From Kiritimatiellota bacterium (GTDB taxonomy: Bacteria; Verrucomicrobiota; Lentisphaeria; Oligosphaerales; JAADHN01), in contig JAADHN010000166.1 in assembly GCA_013151865.1 (NCBI GenBank), forward strand, positions 2,792 to 66,791: DNA of 64,000 bases, in the 5' to 3' direction. The notes beneath the pieces are model-generated. The model was not told the origin of the DNA. It did not search any database and saw only the letters and a list, made by a program, of their open reading frames with translations. This document shows positions 25,467-35,161 of the stretch, one piece after another (position 1 is the first letter of the stretch; each line of letters opens with the position of its first letter). Position numbers and translations under genes: made by a program.

Positions 25467-27056
25467 CTACCGCGAGACAGACGGGGAAGCGCTTTGCATC
25501 TGCCAAGCCTCGAGGGAAACCAATTGCGCGTCACGACCGCGGGCCGTGACGGATACGCCCAGGCTGTCTTCGCGACCGGGATAGACGCGCAACGCCACGC
25601 ACTGCTTGTCGTTGACGAACACCTCGACGATGCTTCGGTCGATGAACACGTGCAGGCGCAAGGTTTCTTCCGGTTCGAGGAACACGGGGGCCGTCTCCGG
25701 GGCGCGACAGGCGACGTCGGGAAGAACGGAGGAGTGCGACGAGTCGAGTGTGACCAGGCTGTCGCGTCGGTCCGGTCGCCCTCGGTCCCGGTGCGCATTG
25801 CCGCGGTCCCGGAAGAAGGCGATGCGCGTGTACTCCTCACGTCGGGGGGAACGCAGCACGCTAAGTTCGATCACCGGCGCCCCGCTCGTGTCGATCTCGG
25901 CAACCAGTTCCAGGCTATTGCCCCGAATGGCGTCGAACACAATCTCACGATTGGCTGGGAGCGCGGTCTTGCCGACGCTCCGGTGGTCGCTCCGCAGCGA
26001 CGCGAAGTCTCCGGCGGGGGTGGTGCACAAGAAGCCGCCGGCGCCGAGCGTCAAGCGCCTCGGCAACGACATGATCTGGTCCCAGCCGCTGGTGGGTTTT
26101 CCGGGATTCATGTTGAAGATGACGATCACCCCGCCCTCGCCGTCGGGCGTAGCCGAAGGCGCGTGAACTCCGCACGGAGCGGCCGGACCGAAATTGAAGT
26201 CGCCCCCGTCCGTAACCTTGAACTTGCCACGCGCGGCATCGTATGCGCCCAGCAGGTACTTTCCGCCGCTCATATGACTGAAGTGCAACAGAATATGGAG
26301 ATCGCCGATGGGCCAGAAATATGGACAGGCACCGTCGTCTCCCACCAAGCCGTAGTGGTCGTCTTCGAGGAAGGGATGCAGGTACTCCCAGGAGGTCAAG
26401 TCCGCGGAGCGGTGAAGGAACTCGGCCCGCACAGGTTTGCCGGCCGGCCCATTCGGCAACGTCCCTGCGGTCAACGCGTAATACATGCCCTCGTGCGTCC
26501 AAATGCACGGGTCGAAGATGTTGTAAGGCAGCGGATCGTCCCCCGGCTGCGGCAGGGGAATGACGGCTTTGCCGGTGACCTTCTTCCAATTGAGCAGCAA
26601 CGGGTCGTTCGACACGGCGACCATGGTGCCGGCGTTGATACCGTGATAGACGGCAATCACCCGGTCGCTCTCGACCAGAGTGGCCCCGGAGAAGCATTTC
26701 TCCTCCGGATTGGGGTAGACGGCGTACGGCAGGTCCTGCCAGTGGATGAGGTCCGGGCTGACGGCGTGTCCCCAATGCTGGCGCGGGTCTTCGGGCGGGT
26801 ACGCCTGGTAAAACAAGTGCCAGCGGCCCCGCCAGAGACACAGGCCGTTCGGGTCGTTCATGCTGCTCTCCGGACTGACGAAATGGTACAGAGGCCGATA
26901 CGGGTCGGCGGCCAGGCGCCGGCGTGACTCACGGAAGCGGCGCAGCAGGGGATTGGCGCTCAATTCCGTCTCCTGCGCCGCAAGCGTGTCGGAAAAACGG
27001 TATTGGGGAACGCGGGAAGTGTAATCGGGGCCTCTGTCCATGATTTCGGTCGGCAT
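25467..27056 (-). CDS. glycoside hydrolase family 32-like protein (beta-fructofuranosidase fold) with non-canonical catalytic motifs
   Basis: YRPLYHFVSPESSMNDPNGLCLWRGRWHLFYQAYP matches the GH32 N-terminal block (WMNDPNG nucleophile motif). Start at ATG 27056, preceded by AGGAGG. The positions of the RDP and EC motifs read FDP (NIFDPCIW) and AC (DDGACPYFW). Confidence 0.8.
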   Translation of the reverse strand: MPTEIMDRGPDYTSRVPQYRFSDTLAAQETELSANPLLRRFRESRRRLAADPYRPLYHFVSPESSMNDPNGLCLWRGRWHLFYQAYPPEDPRQHWGHAVSPDLIHWQDLPYAVYPNPEEKCFSGATLVESDRVIAVYHGINAGTMVAVSNDPLLLNWKKVTGKAVIPLPQPGDDPLPYNIFDPCIWTHEGMYYALTAGTLPNGPAGKPVRAEFLHRSADLTSWEYLHPFLEDDHYGLVGDDGACPYFWPIGDLHILLHFSHMSGGKYLLGAYDAARGKFKVTDGGDFNFGPAAPCGVHAPSATPDGEGGVIVIFNMNPGKPTSGWDQIMSLPRRLTLGAGGFLCTTPAGDFASLRSDHRSVGKTALPANREIVFDAIRGNSLELVAEIDTSGAPVIELSVLRSPRREEYTRIAFFRDRGNAHRDRGRPDRRDSLVTLDSSHSSVLPDVACRAPETAPVFLEPEETLRLHVFIDRSIVEVFVNDKQCVALRVYPGREDSLGVSVTARGRDAQLVSLEAWQMQSASPSVSR

Positions 27057-27487
27057 GGTTTCGGTCCTCCTCTTGCCGTCTGCGCTTTTCCTTCCGATGG
27101 GCCACGTTTCGCCGAGGCACACATTGACTCCGTTCACGTCGTTGAAACTCAATGTGCGGCGGTGCAGCACGAGTCTTTGCCGGAGGGTGTCCGCGACCGC
27201 CGCGAAAGCGGTGACAACGCCCGGCAGGCACGTAACATGAGCAATGCATGAGCCATCTGCTGCGATGACGCATCTCCCGTGCTTTCAAAATATTGCCGTT
27301 GCTCACCGGCCGATGCGGCGTTTCAGCACAGCTTTGCCCTGCGCTCGACGCGATGAGCCGAATCCACGCCTGAGTTCTGCCCTCTCGCGACGAAGTCCAT
27401 GAGTGAATTTGGTCGTACCTGCTTGCCGGACCATGATCCGGTCCCGCAGATAGGGGTCCGTCCGAACACGGTGTGCGGTCGAGCGCC

Positions 27488-28717
27488 TCAGCTTGAGGCG
27501 ACAGGCAGGAGTCGGGCCGTTTTGTGTACCGCCGCCGCGATGTCGTCGATGTCGTTCTCGTCGTAGTTTTCGTGAAACGGTATTGTCACCATGCGATCGA
27601 GGGCCTGCTGTGCCTCCGGACACGTTCCGTCGTCGTACTGGACGTCGTGCTCGATGTAACGACTCTCGAACGGGAAATGCGACTCGCCGTAGGTGACCTT
27701 GGATGCACAGCACTCGGCACACCGAAAAATGGGTTTCCCGATGTACCCTGCCCCGGCGGAGACCCCTTCGGCAGAGAGTGCGACGGCAAAGTCGCGGGCT
27801 TTCCATTTCTCAACTCTCATGGGGAACAACCAGAAAGAATGTTCGCTCCCCGGGGTGGTCGGCGCACAGCGGAGTCCTTCCACGTCCGCAAGGGCCGCGG
27901 CCAGGCGGCGGCCCAGGGCCATTCGGCGCTCGACCCGGGCCCGGACCCGCTTCAATTGCGGCAGCCCCACCGCCGCCGTTTGCTCGTTCATCCGGTAACA
28001 CGGCGCCAGGAAGGCGTAGGCCCGCGGTCCGTACCCTTTGCGGCGGTAGCCCTTGTCCGCAAACAGCCCCATGCGGTCGGCAAACACTTCATTGTCGGTG
28101 ATCGCCATCCCGCCGTCGCCGGTCGTCATGTGCTTGGATTGTTGCAGACTGAAGCACCCGATGTCGCCGATGCTTCCCAGGTATTGATCGCGATACCGTG
28201 TGGCGTGCGCCTGACTGCAATCTTCGATGAGCACCAAGTCATGTTTTTTCGCAACGCGGACCAGGGCGTCGAGGTCGCAGGCATTCCCGAAGAGGTGCAC
28301 CGCAATGATCGCCCGGGTCCGGGACGTGATCTTCCGCTCCACGTCCGCCGGGTCCATGTTGAACGTTTCGTCCACGTCCGCGAATACCGGCACGGCGTTC
28401 TGAAGGAGGATCGGAACCACCGACCCCAAGTCCGTGATCGGGGCCGTTATAATCTCGTCTCCCGGCTCAGGATTCACGGCCCCCACCGCCAGGTGAATTG
28501 CGGCCGTGCCGGATGTGGCAGCCACTGCGTGGCCGACACCGTACAATGCGGCGAACCCACGCTCGAAGTCGCTGACGAACCGCCCGGACCAGCGAAACAG
28601 GTTCTGGGAACGAATTGCCTCGGTCACCAACTCGATCTCTTCCTCCCCGAACGGGGTGCGACGCGGAAACGGTCGCGTCCGGGTTTTCTCTCCACCGAAC
28701 AATGCGAGTTTTTCCAT
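27488..28717 (-). CDS. DegT/DnrJ/EryC1/StrS family PLP-dependent aminotransferase
   Basis: Start at MEKLALFGGEKTRTRPFP. ..AVAATSGTAAIHLAV.., EDCSQAHAT.., and the PLP-lysine context CFSLQQSKHMTTGDGGMA are typical of the family. Confidence 0.85.
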   Translation of the reverse strand: MEKLALFGGEKTRTRPFPRRTPFGEEEIELVTEAIRSQNLFRWSGRFVSDFERGFAALYGVGHAVAATSGTAAIHLAVGAVNPEPGDEIITAPITDLGSVVPILLQNAVPVFADVDETFNMDPADVERKITSRTRAIIAVHLFGNACDLDALVRVAKKHDLVLIEDCSQAHATRYRDQYLGSIGDIGCFSLQQSKHMTTGDGGMAITDNEVFADRMGLFADKGYRRKGYGPRAYAFLAPCYRMNEQTAAVGLPQLKRVRARVERRMALGRRLAAALADVEGLRCAPTTPGSEHSFWLFPMRVEKWKARDFAVALSAEGVSAGAGYIGKPIFRCAECCASKVTYGESHFPFESRYIEHDVQYDDGTCPEAQQALDRMVTIPFHENYDENDIDDIAAAVHKTARLLPVASS

Positions 28718-28911
28718 GGTGCTCTTGCTTCCCTGGTTTTGCGGCCGACACGCCGGTGTTTTCCTGACCTCGCTGATTCGGAAAAAGGTCGGAAAAGACC
28801 AATGCGACAAACAGTGGCCTCGGACGCGGCCGCGATCCGCCTGATCCGACCCGTCCGTCCGATCATGCGGAGACCGCCGATTCACCTGCGGTCCAACTTG
28901 CCTCGGGGCGA

Positions 28912-30255
28912 TCAACAAGCCTCATCGAGTCGCCGGACGAGTTCCACGGCCGCATCCCGAATCTGTTCCCCGGCCCCCGGCGCCAGCGGCGACCAGCGCC
29001 CGGGGCTGACCTCGTACCCCCCCACGCGGTGGGCTTCAGCCGGTGCAATGTACCCCAAGTATCCGTTTGCGTAGCCGATCACCCAGACCCGGCGCCGGCT
29101 GGCGGCACGCCGGATGTCCTCGCCCAGACAACAGAACAACTCACCGGGGACGCCGACCACGATCCAGTCACCGATCGTCACGGCCTGAATCTCGGCTTCG
29201 AGGGTTTTCGGCAGAGCAGCAAGTGCAAGTCGTTCGTTGACGGAAAAAAGACGCCGCCCCAATGCGCGGGCTCGGTCGGCATCGCCTGCGGAGTTCGCGG
29301 CGGCGAGCGCCTCGGTCAACTGCCGCCGCTCGTCTTGAAGCAGGTCGAGGTCGGCAATCGGCCGCCGCGGCAGGCGAAGCGTTGTGCGGACTCCGCAAAT
29401 CCGGTGGACCTGGAGGGGCGCACCGCGGCTGCATTCTCCGCTCCGCCCCAGAGCGGAGTCCGCAAGCCGGCGGGCGGTCCACTCCGCATCCGTGTAGCCA
29501 TCTTTCCGAACGGGGTTCAGGTCGCCGCAGGCGCCGTTGAAGAACAAAGCGGGGGCTGCGGCCGTCGTTTCGATTCGCCGCACCAACAGTCCGGGGTAAT
29601 CGGCGGACAGAAACGGCTGCGTTTGCACCGCCACGGGATGACAGGCGAAGTTCAGGAGCATTCCCAGACATTCGTCTCCGATGCCGGGCCGGACGTGCAA
29701 GACCCGCAACCGGTGGTCGACCAAAGTGGCGCGCCGGCGTTGTTCGTCCGTCAGTTCCGACCCGGCCCGACCGGTTTCGAGGTGGCGGGAACGACGGTTC
29801 AGGTTGATTCCGGGAACGGGCGCGTCCTCCAGCAACAGTTCCGCGGGTTGCAGCGCGTCGAATGCGGCCCGGGCGGCCTCGGCGGCGGCTTGGACAACCG
29901 CGTCGAGCCAGGCGGGATTCACCGGGTAACCGGAAAGCGCAATGGTTTCCGGCGTGGTATGCGCATGGGTGCAGGCCACGAGCACCCGATCCTCGTGAAT
30001 GCCGGTGGCCCGGGTTATGGCCTGCCGCGCGCGCCGCGAAAGGCCCACTGCGTCGCCAATGAGGTCCAGCGCTACCAGGCAGGCCGCACGGCCGGCGGCG
30101 GCCATGACCGCGACGCGAACGAAGAGGGGATCCCGCACCTCGGTGTAGGGCTTGGCCCGCTCGTGCCGGAACCCGAGAATTCGCAGACCGGAGCGTTCAC
30201 TGTCCGAAGCGGGTGTGATTTCCCGTGCGGCCATGCCGAACCGCGTCGTTTCCAT
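28912..30255 (-). CDS. hypothetical protein, neutral/alkaline ceramidase-like N-terminal fold (tentative)
   Basis: Start at ATG 30255 (METTRFGMAAREITP), preceded by GAGGAGAG. ..DPLFVRVAVMAAAGRAACLVALDLIG.. and ..LVACTHAHTTPE.. resemble the ceramidase-like hydrolase family common in PVC genomes. Assignment is from memory only. Confidence 0.5.
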   Translation of the reverse strand: METTRFGMAAREITPASDSERSGLRILGFRHERAKPYTEVRDPLFVRVAVMAAAGRAACLVALDLIGDAVGLSRRARQAITRATGIHEDRVLVACTHAHTTPETIALSGYPVNPAWLDAVVQAAAEAARAAFDALQPAELLLEDAPVPGINLNRRSRHLETGRAGSELTDEQRRRATLVDHRLRVLHVRPGIGDECLGMLLNFACHPVAVQTQPFLSADYPGLLVRRIETTAAAPALFFNGACGDLNPVRKDGYTDAEWTARRLADSALGRSGECSRGAPLQVHRICGVRTTLRLPRRPIADLDLLQDERRQLTEALAAANSAGDADRARALGRRLFSVNERLALAALPKTLEAEIQAVTIGDWIVVGVPGELFCCLGEDIRRAASRRRVWVIGYANGYLGYIAPAEAHRVGGYEVSPGRWSPLAPGAGEQIRDAAVELVRRLDEAC

Positions 30256-30970
30256 TGCCGATCTCTCCTCGGTCCCCGCACTGTCCCTGGTTGGCGGTGG
30301 ACCCTGCAGTGCAAATGTGCGCATAGCGGGATTGCCCGGAAGATACTGCCCAGTCCGACGGTTCGCCTGTGCTCCACGTTGAATCGGGGGCTACACGCGT
30401 GGCCCCACCCCGACGAAAACGGAGAACGCGACCGAGAAACACGTGCGGTGGAGCGCCTGCATCTTTGCCGATGCACCCGCAAGGCACGAGTCCTCCGGCC
30501 GCGGGACGCATCCGCCCCGAATTCTCCCTCGATGTCTTCGCGCGGGATCGAATCCCTGGCTTCACCAAGGACCGCGACTTCCCGAACGGGCCTGTTGCTT
30601 CATTCCGAGCCTTCCAGGACGAAAGTCGTTGGAGTCCGCGGTCTCCGGGGCAAACCAAACACGGACCACCGTCGAAGCCCCGTCTTCACCGCGGTTTCCA
30701 CCTTCGCCTGGGCGCGGCGCGATACGACGGTGCGAGCCTGGGCGGTTTCCAGACGGTCAGGAGAGTATTGCGACAGTCCCCTTCAGGCGAAATCACCCGA
30801 GCAATTCGCTCCCGACGGGACAGGCGACGTTCGGTTTGAACCGGTATGATACAGCGGTAACGAGTCAATTGCGGCGGAAACCGCCGACTCCAGGGAACGC
30901 CGCCGGGGCGCAACAACGGGTCTGGAGGCAGTCGGCGCAGTCGCCGGCCAGACAGCGGAGTCCACTCTCC

Positions 30971-31708
30971 ATGCAAACCGATAAATTGCTCGACGGCAAG
31001 GCGGCCTTGGTAACCGGGGCAGGACGGGGCATCGGGCGGGCCGTTGCGACTCTCCTGGCAGCGAACGGCGCGTGCGTCGGTGTGACCGCGCGCACGGCGG
31101 CCCAGGTGGAACTGGTCGCCCGTGAGATCACCGCGGCGGGCGGCAGGGCGGAGGCTTTTGCGGGGGACCTCACATCCGATGCTTTCCGCAACACCCTGTT
31201 CGGCGAATTCCACGCCCGTTTCGGACGTATGGATATCCTGGTGAACAACGCCGGGGTCGCCCCGTTCGGATCGGTTCAGGAACTCTCCGTCGGGGCGTTC
31301 CGGGACTGCCTGGAACTCAATGTAATCGCCGTGTTCTCCTGCATGCAGCGGGCAATCCGCCTCATGGAAGAACAGGACGAGGGCGGGAAGATTGTAAACG
31401 TGGGATCGGTGCGGTCGCATTGGACCGAGCATGGAGACGCCGGGGCGTACAACGCCAGCAAATTCGCTTTGCGCGCCCTGACTGAAACCGTCGCACGCCA
31501 GCTCCATGGCACCGGGTCAAGAGTCGCGGTGAGCCTGGTCTGCCCCGGGGTGGTCGACACCAGCATGACCAACCCCCGGGGCGAACCCCGACCGGGTTGG
31601 CTCCGCCCGGAAGCCGTGGCACGCGCCGTTCTCCATGCGGTGACCGCACCGGCAGACGTCAACGTTTTCGATACCACCCTGTTTCCCCTTTCTCAAAAAC
31701 CGTGGTGA
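30971..31708 (+). CDS. SDR family oxidoreductase
   Basis: Start at MQTDKLLDGKAALVTGAGRGIGRAVA (TGxxxGIG). NNAG, and YNASKFALRAL (YxxxK). The upstream part of the track ORF (from 30443) is Arg/Pro-rich and looks non-coding. Confidence 0.9.
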   Translation: MQTDKLLDGKAALVTGAGRGIGRAVATLLAANGACVGVTARTAAQVELVAREITAAGGRAEAFAGDLTSDAFRNTLFGEFHARFGRMDILVNNAGVAPFGSVQELSVGAFRDCLELNVIAVFSCMQRAIRLMEEQDEGGKIVNVGSVRSHWTEHGDAGAYNASKFALRALTETVARQLHGTGSRVAVSLVCPGVVDTSMTNPRGEPRPGWLRPEAVARAVLHAVTAPADVNVFDTTLFPLSQKPW

Positions 31709-31755
31709 TTCTATCGGCACCCCATTTTCGCGATGCGGCGAGGAGGTCCCTTCAC

Positions 31756-32673
31756 ATGTCGTCACAACACCGCAGGGTCCTGGTCACCGGCGCCTCCGGA
31801 CACCTCGGCTCGCGCGTAGCGAACGAACTGGCCGAAAGGGGCTATGCCGTAACCGCCCTGGATATGGTCCCGCCCCCGGATACCGTCCGTGCGTGCGTGC
31901 GGCGCGCCGTTGTCGGCAGCCTGGCGGACCCGGACATCGCGACCGAGGCCGTCCGGGACATCGAGGCTATTGTGCATTGTGCGGCGCTCCACCCCTGGAA
32001 AGCGTACTCGGACGATCAATACCTGGATGCAAACGTCAAGGGCGCCTGGCATTTGTACAGGGCCGCGGCCGCCGCCGGCGTGCGCCGGGTCGTGCTGACC
32101 AGCAGCATTGCCGCACCGGGCATGCACGGCATCCCTCCCAGCGCGTGGCCCGTCCCGGAAACCGCCGAGTTCCCCATTGTCGACCTGTATGGTTTCACGA
32201 AGCACGCGCAAGAGGATCTGGCAAAATGTTTTGCGAACTCCGCAGGCACCCGCACGATCGCCTTGCGCCCGCCGCCGTTCATGCCCAGACCCGAACTCGA
32301 GACCGGCTTCAGCCTCACGGCCTGTTTCGCCTTGGTCGAAGACATTGCCGGCGCCCACGTTGCCGCGCTGGAAGTCCTGTTGGGCGCCCGCGCCCCCGAA
32401 CCGGACCATGGCCCCGCGGACTTCGAGGCGGTGAACGTGACAAACAGCCTTCCCTACACGCCGGAGGACGCCGCCATGATCGGTCCTGACGGCGATATGC
32501 GCCCCCTGGTGCGCAAGTACTGGCCGGCGGCGGCCGACTGGCTGGAGGCCCGGGGTTACCGAAGGGCCGGGCCGCTGATCGTGTACGATCTGCACAAGGC
32601 GCGTCAACTTCTGAAGTGGACGCCGAAGTACAACTTCGAACAGTGGTTCGCCAAACACGCCGCCGGTGATTGA
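31756..32673 (+). CDS. NAD-dependent epimerase/dehydratase family protein
   Basis: AGGAGG at 31741, then MSSQHRRVLVTGASGHLGSRVANEL (GxxGxxG Rossmann). ..YGFTKHAQEDL (YxxxK). Confidence 0.85.
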   Translation: MSSQHRRVLVTGASGHLGSRVANELAERGYAVTALDMVPPPDTVRACVRRAVVGSLADPDIATEAVRDIEAIVHCAALHPWKAYSDDQYLDANVKGAWHLYRAAAAAGVRRVVLTSSIAAPGMHGIPPSAWPVPETAEFPIVDLYGFTKHAQEDLAKCFANSAGTRTIALRPPPFMPRPELETGFSLTACFALVEDIAGAHVAALEVLLGARAPEPDHGPADFEAVNVTNSLPYTPEDAAMIGPDGDMRPLVRKYWPAAADWLEARGYRRAGPLIVYDLHKARQLLKWTPKYNFEQWFAKHAAGD

Positions 32674-32712
32674 CGACGATACGGTCGGCCTTTCTGCAAG
32701 AACGGGAGAACC

Positions 32713-33765
32713 ATGAATCGCCGGGAGAACATTCTGCGGGCCGTGCGTTTCGAGCAGCCCGAAACGATCCCGATGCAGTTTTCCGTCAACAGCGCCTGCT
32801 GGGAGCGCTACCCACGGTCGGCACTCGAGGATCTGATGGAGTCGCATCGGCTGCTCTTCCCCGGGTTCAAGCCGTCGTCGGCCAAAACGCCCCCGCGCCC
32901 CGCGCCCTGGCGGATCGCCGGCCGGCCGTATACCGACAGTTGGGGGTGCGTGTGGGAAACGTCACAGACCGGCATCACCGGCGCGGTCACGGAGCACCCC
33001 CTCGCAAGCTGGGACGCGTTCGCCGACTTTGCGGCGCCCGACCCGGACGCGACGGACGGCTGGGGCCCCGTCGATTGGGAGCGGATCGCGCAGAATCTGG
33101 GCAGAATCCGGCGCGGGGGCGGGTTGACCATCGGCAGTTTGCGACACGGCCACACATTTCTCACGTTGACCTACCTGCGGGGCTATGAGGGCCTCATTCT
33201 CGATATGGCGGACGGCGAGCCGCGACTCAGACGTCTGATCGACATGGTCGAGGAGTTTAATCTACAGGTCATGCAGCATTACATCGGACTCCGGGTCGAG
33301 GTCATGGCCTTTCCCGAAGACCTGGGCATGCAAAAAGGCCCGATGCTTTCCCCCCGCCACTTCCGCGAATACATCAAACCGGTTTATCGAAACCTGATGG
33401 CCCCCGCACGCGCGAGTGGGTGCATCATCCACATGCATTCGGACGGCGACATCCACGAGCTGGTCGACGACTTGCTCGAGGGCGGCGTCCAAGTACTCAA
33501 TCTCCAAGACTTGGTCAACGGCATCGATTGGATCCGGGACCGTCTCGCGGGCCGTATTTGCATCGATCTCGACATCGACCGACAGGCCGTGACACGTTTC
33601 GGCACCCCGGGTCGGATCGATGCACTGATTCGGGAGGAAGTCGTCAAGCTCGGCAGTCGGAAGGGCGGTTTGATGATGCGATACGGACTCTATCCCGGTG
33701 TGCCCCTGGAGAACGTCCGGGCGCTCATGGACGCCATGGAGCGCTACGCCGGACATTATTCGTAG
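32713..33765 (+). CDS. uroporphyrinogen decarboxylase (URO-D) family protein, non-heme paralog type
   Basis: MNRRENILRAVRFEQPETIPM.. opening and ..IIHMHSDGDIHELVDDLLEGGVQVLNLQD.. resemble URO-D/MtaA-like family members found in sugar or methyl-transfer loci. Function not assignable. Confidence 0.7.
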   Translation: MNRRENILRAVRFEQPETIPMQFSVNSACWERYPRSALEDLMESHRLLFPGFKPSSAKTPPRPAPWRIAGRPYTDSWGCVWETSQTGITGAVTEHPLASWDAFADFAAPDPDATDGWGPVDWERIAQNLGRIRRGGGLTIGSLRHGHTFLTLTYLRGYEGLILDMADGEPRLRRLIDMVEEFNLQVMQHYIGLRVEVMAFPEDLGMQKGPMLSPRHFREYIKPVYRNLMAPARASGCIIHMHSDGDIHELVDDLLEGGVQVLNLQDLVNGIDWIRDRLAGRICIDLDIDRQAVTRFGTPGRIDALIREEVVKLGSRKGGLMMRYGLYPGVPLENVRALMDAMERYAGHYS

Positions 33766-34195
33766 CTGTCCGGGCGCGACGAATCCACGCCCACTTTCTC
33801 TTTCCCTGTCCGCCGCCGACCGGACCGCTTCGACGTTGCTCCTTGTCTTTTGACAAGTAAAACAATATACTTAGATGGAATTTAGCCTGATGAATTCACG
33901 GACTTGGCCGCGAGAGGGCGCATTTTATACGGACCCAGATCATTGCGTCGAGCGCTGGACGAGGCCGTGTTGAAACACCGCTTCGGTCGGTGAGCGGCGG
34001 CAGTGCTTTAAAAGTGTGAGATGCGCCACCGCAGCCGATAGCTCGTGCATGTTTTTCAGGTCAGTGGCGCAAACGGTCCTGTGAGTGAGTCATCCCACCT
34101 CGTGAATGCGCCGGGAGGGGGCGAATGGCAGTCTGGCGTCCCCGTCATACGGGGTTTTTCGCTCACGCCGGGTCCGATCCGTTTTTTTTAATGCA

Positions 34196-35161
34196 ATGAA
34201 GACGACGAACTTCTATTTCAACGCCGTAGTGGCGGTTGTCGTGGCGTTCGCAAGCGTTTGGGGAACGCTTCTGGCGCGCCGCTCGCTTCGCCTGCGGGAG
34301 CCGTATGTCCCGCTGTCGGACCCGCGCCGCCTCTCGGTTCATCTTTCGAGTTTGGACGCAGCGGAACCGCGTCTGCGTTTCGGCGTGGCGACCATGCTCA
34401 CTCCCGAGGCGACCTTCACGACGTATCACAAGTTGATTGTTGAGGTTTGTCGTCGGGCCGGGGTCCCTTTTCGCTTCGTGGTCCGCCCGTCCTATTTCGC
34501 TCTGCGTCAGGCGCTCGAACGGTCCGATGTCGACGTGGCATTCGTCTGTACCGGCACTTACCTGCGCTCGGACAAGGCACAAGTCCGTCTTCTCGTCCGG
34601 CCTGAGTATGCACGCGGCTGGGAGTACCGTGCCGTGGTGCTTGTTCGGCTGGCATCGGACTACCGACGTGTTGAGGACCTGGCGGGGCGGGTAATGGCCT
34701 TTTCGGACCCCGAATCGTTCACCGGCTGTCTTGTTCCCAGCGTATTAATTGCCTCCAGGGGCGCCGCGCCGCGGACGTACTTCCGCAAAGTCGTTTTCAC
34801 GGGCAGTCACGATAGGTCCGTCCTCGCGGTTTCGCGCGGCGTGGCGGACGCTGCCAGTGTGGACGCGCTGGTCTGGACGTCCCTGTCCCGCCAGGAACCG
34901 AACCTCGTCTCCCGGCTGCGCGTTCTGTGGCGGAGTCCCCGATTCGGCGAACCTCCTGTGTTGGCATCGTCCCGCCTGAAGCGTGAAACGGTCGTTCGAT
35001 TGCAGAAGTCACTCTTATCGTTGAACGAGGATTCGACGGGCCGGGAGATCCTACGGTCCATCGGAGTCGCCCGATTTGTTCCCGCCACACCCGATCGTTA
35101 TGAATCTGCCGAAGAGTTGTACCGCAGGTTCCGGGCTGCAAGCATGTTGTCATGGCCTTGA
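34196..35161 (+). CDS. PhnD-like (phosphonate-binding-type) periplasmic solute-binding protein with N-terminal membrane anchor
   Basis: MKTTNFYFNAVVAVVVAFASVWGTLLA (anchor), then LRFGVATMLTPEATFTTYHKLIVEVCRRAGVPFRFVVRPSYFALRQALERSDVDVAFVCTGTYL and VVFTGSHDRSVLAVSRGVADAASVD, typical of the PhnD/Phosphonate-bd fold. Its stop overlaps the kinase start by 10 nt. Confidence 0.75.
   Translation: MKTTNFYFNAVVAVVVAFASVWGTLLARRSLRLREPYVPLSDPRRLSVHLSSLDAAEPRLRFGVATMLTPEATFTTYHKLIVEVCRRAGVPFRFVVRPSYFALRQALERSDVDVAFVCTGTYLRSDKAQVRLLVRPEYARGWEYRAVVLVRLASDYRRVEDLAGRVMAFSDPESFTGCLVPSVLIASRGAAPRTYFRKVVFTGSHDRSVLAVSRGVADAASVDALVWTSLSRQEPNLVSRLRVLWRSPRFGEPPVLASSRLKRETVVRLQKSLLSLNEDSTGREILRSIGVARFVPATPDRYESAEELYRRFRAASMLSWP

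Noticed and set aside
30541-30567. tRNA gene (T-arm-like GGGATCGAATCCC plus TGGCTTCACCA)
   Set aside because: There is no complementary 5' acceptor strand, D-arm or anticodon arm in the preceding 80 nt. It is kept only as a possible att-type remnant in the findings.
25332-30849. Three long + strand ORFs (25332-26927, 27524-29074, 29029-30849)
   Set aside because: Each is the antisense shadow of a motif-supported minus-strand gene (GH32-like, DegT aminotransferase, ceramidase-like). The translations are Arg/Pro-rich.
33838-33880. Palindrome CTTGTC-TTTT-GACAAG and a TTGACA...TATACT pair as terminator or promoter after the URO-D-like gene
   Set aside because: The hairpin has only 6 bp and no U-tract. 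The -35/-10 candidates are 10 nt apart, which is incompatible with sigma70 spacing. Noted only as a weak candidate operator.
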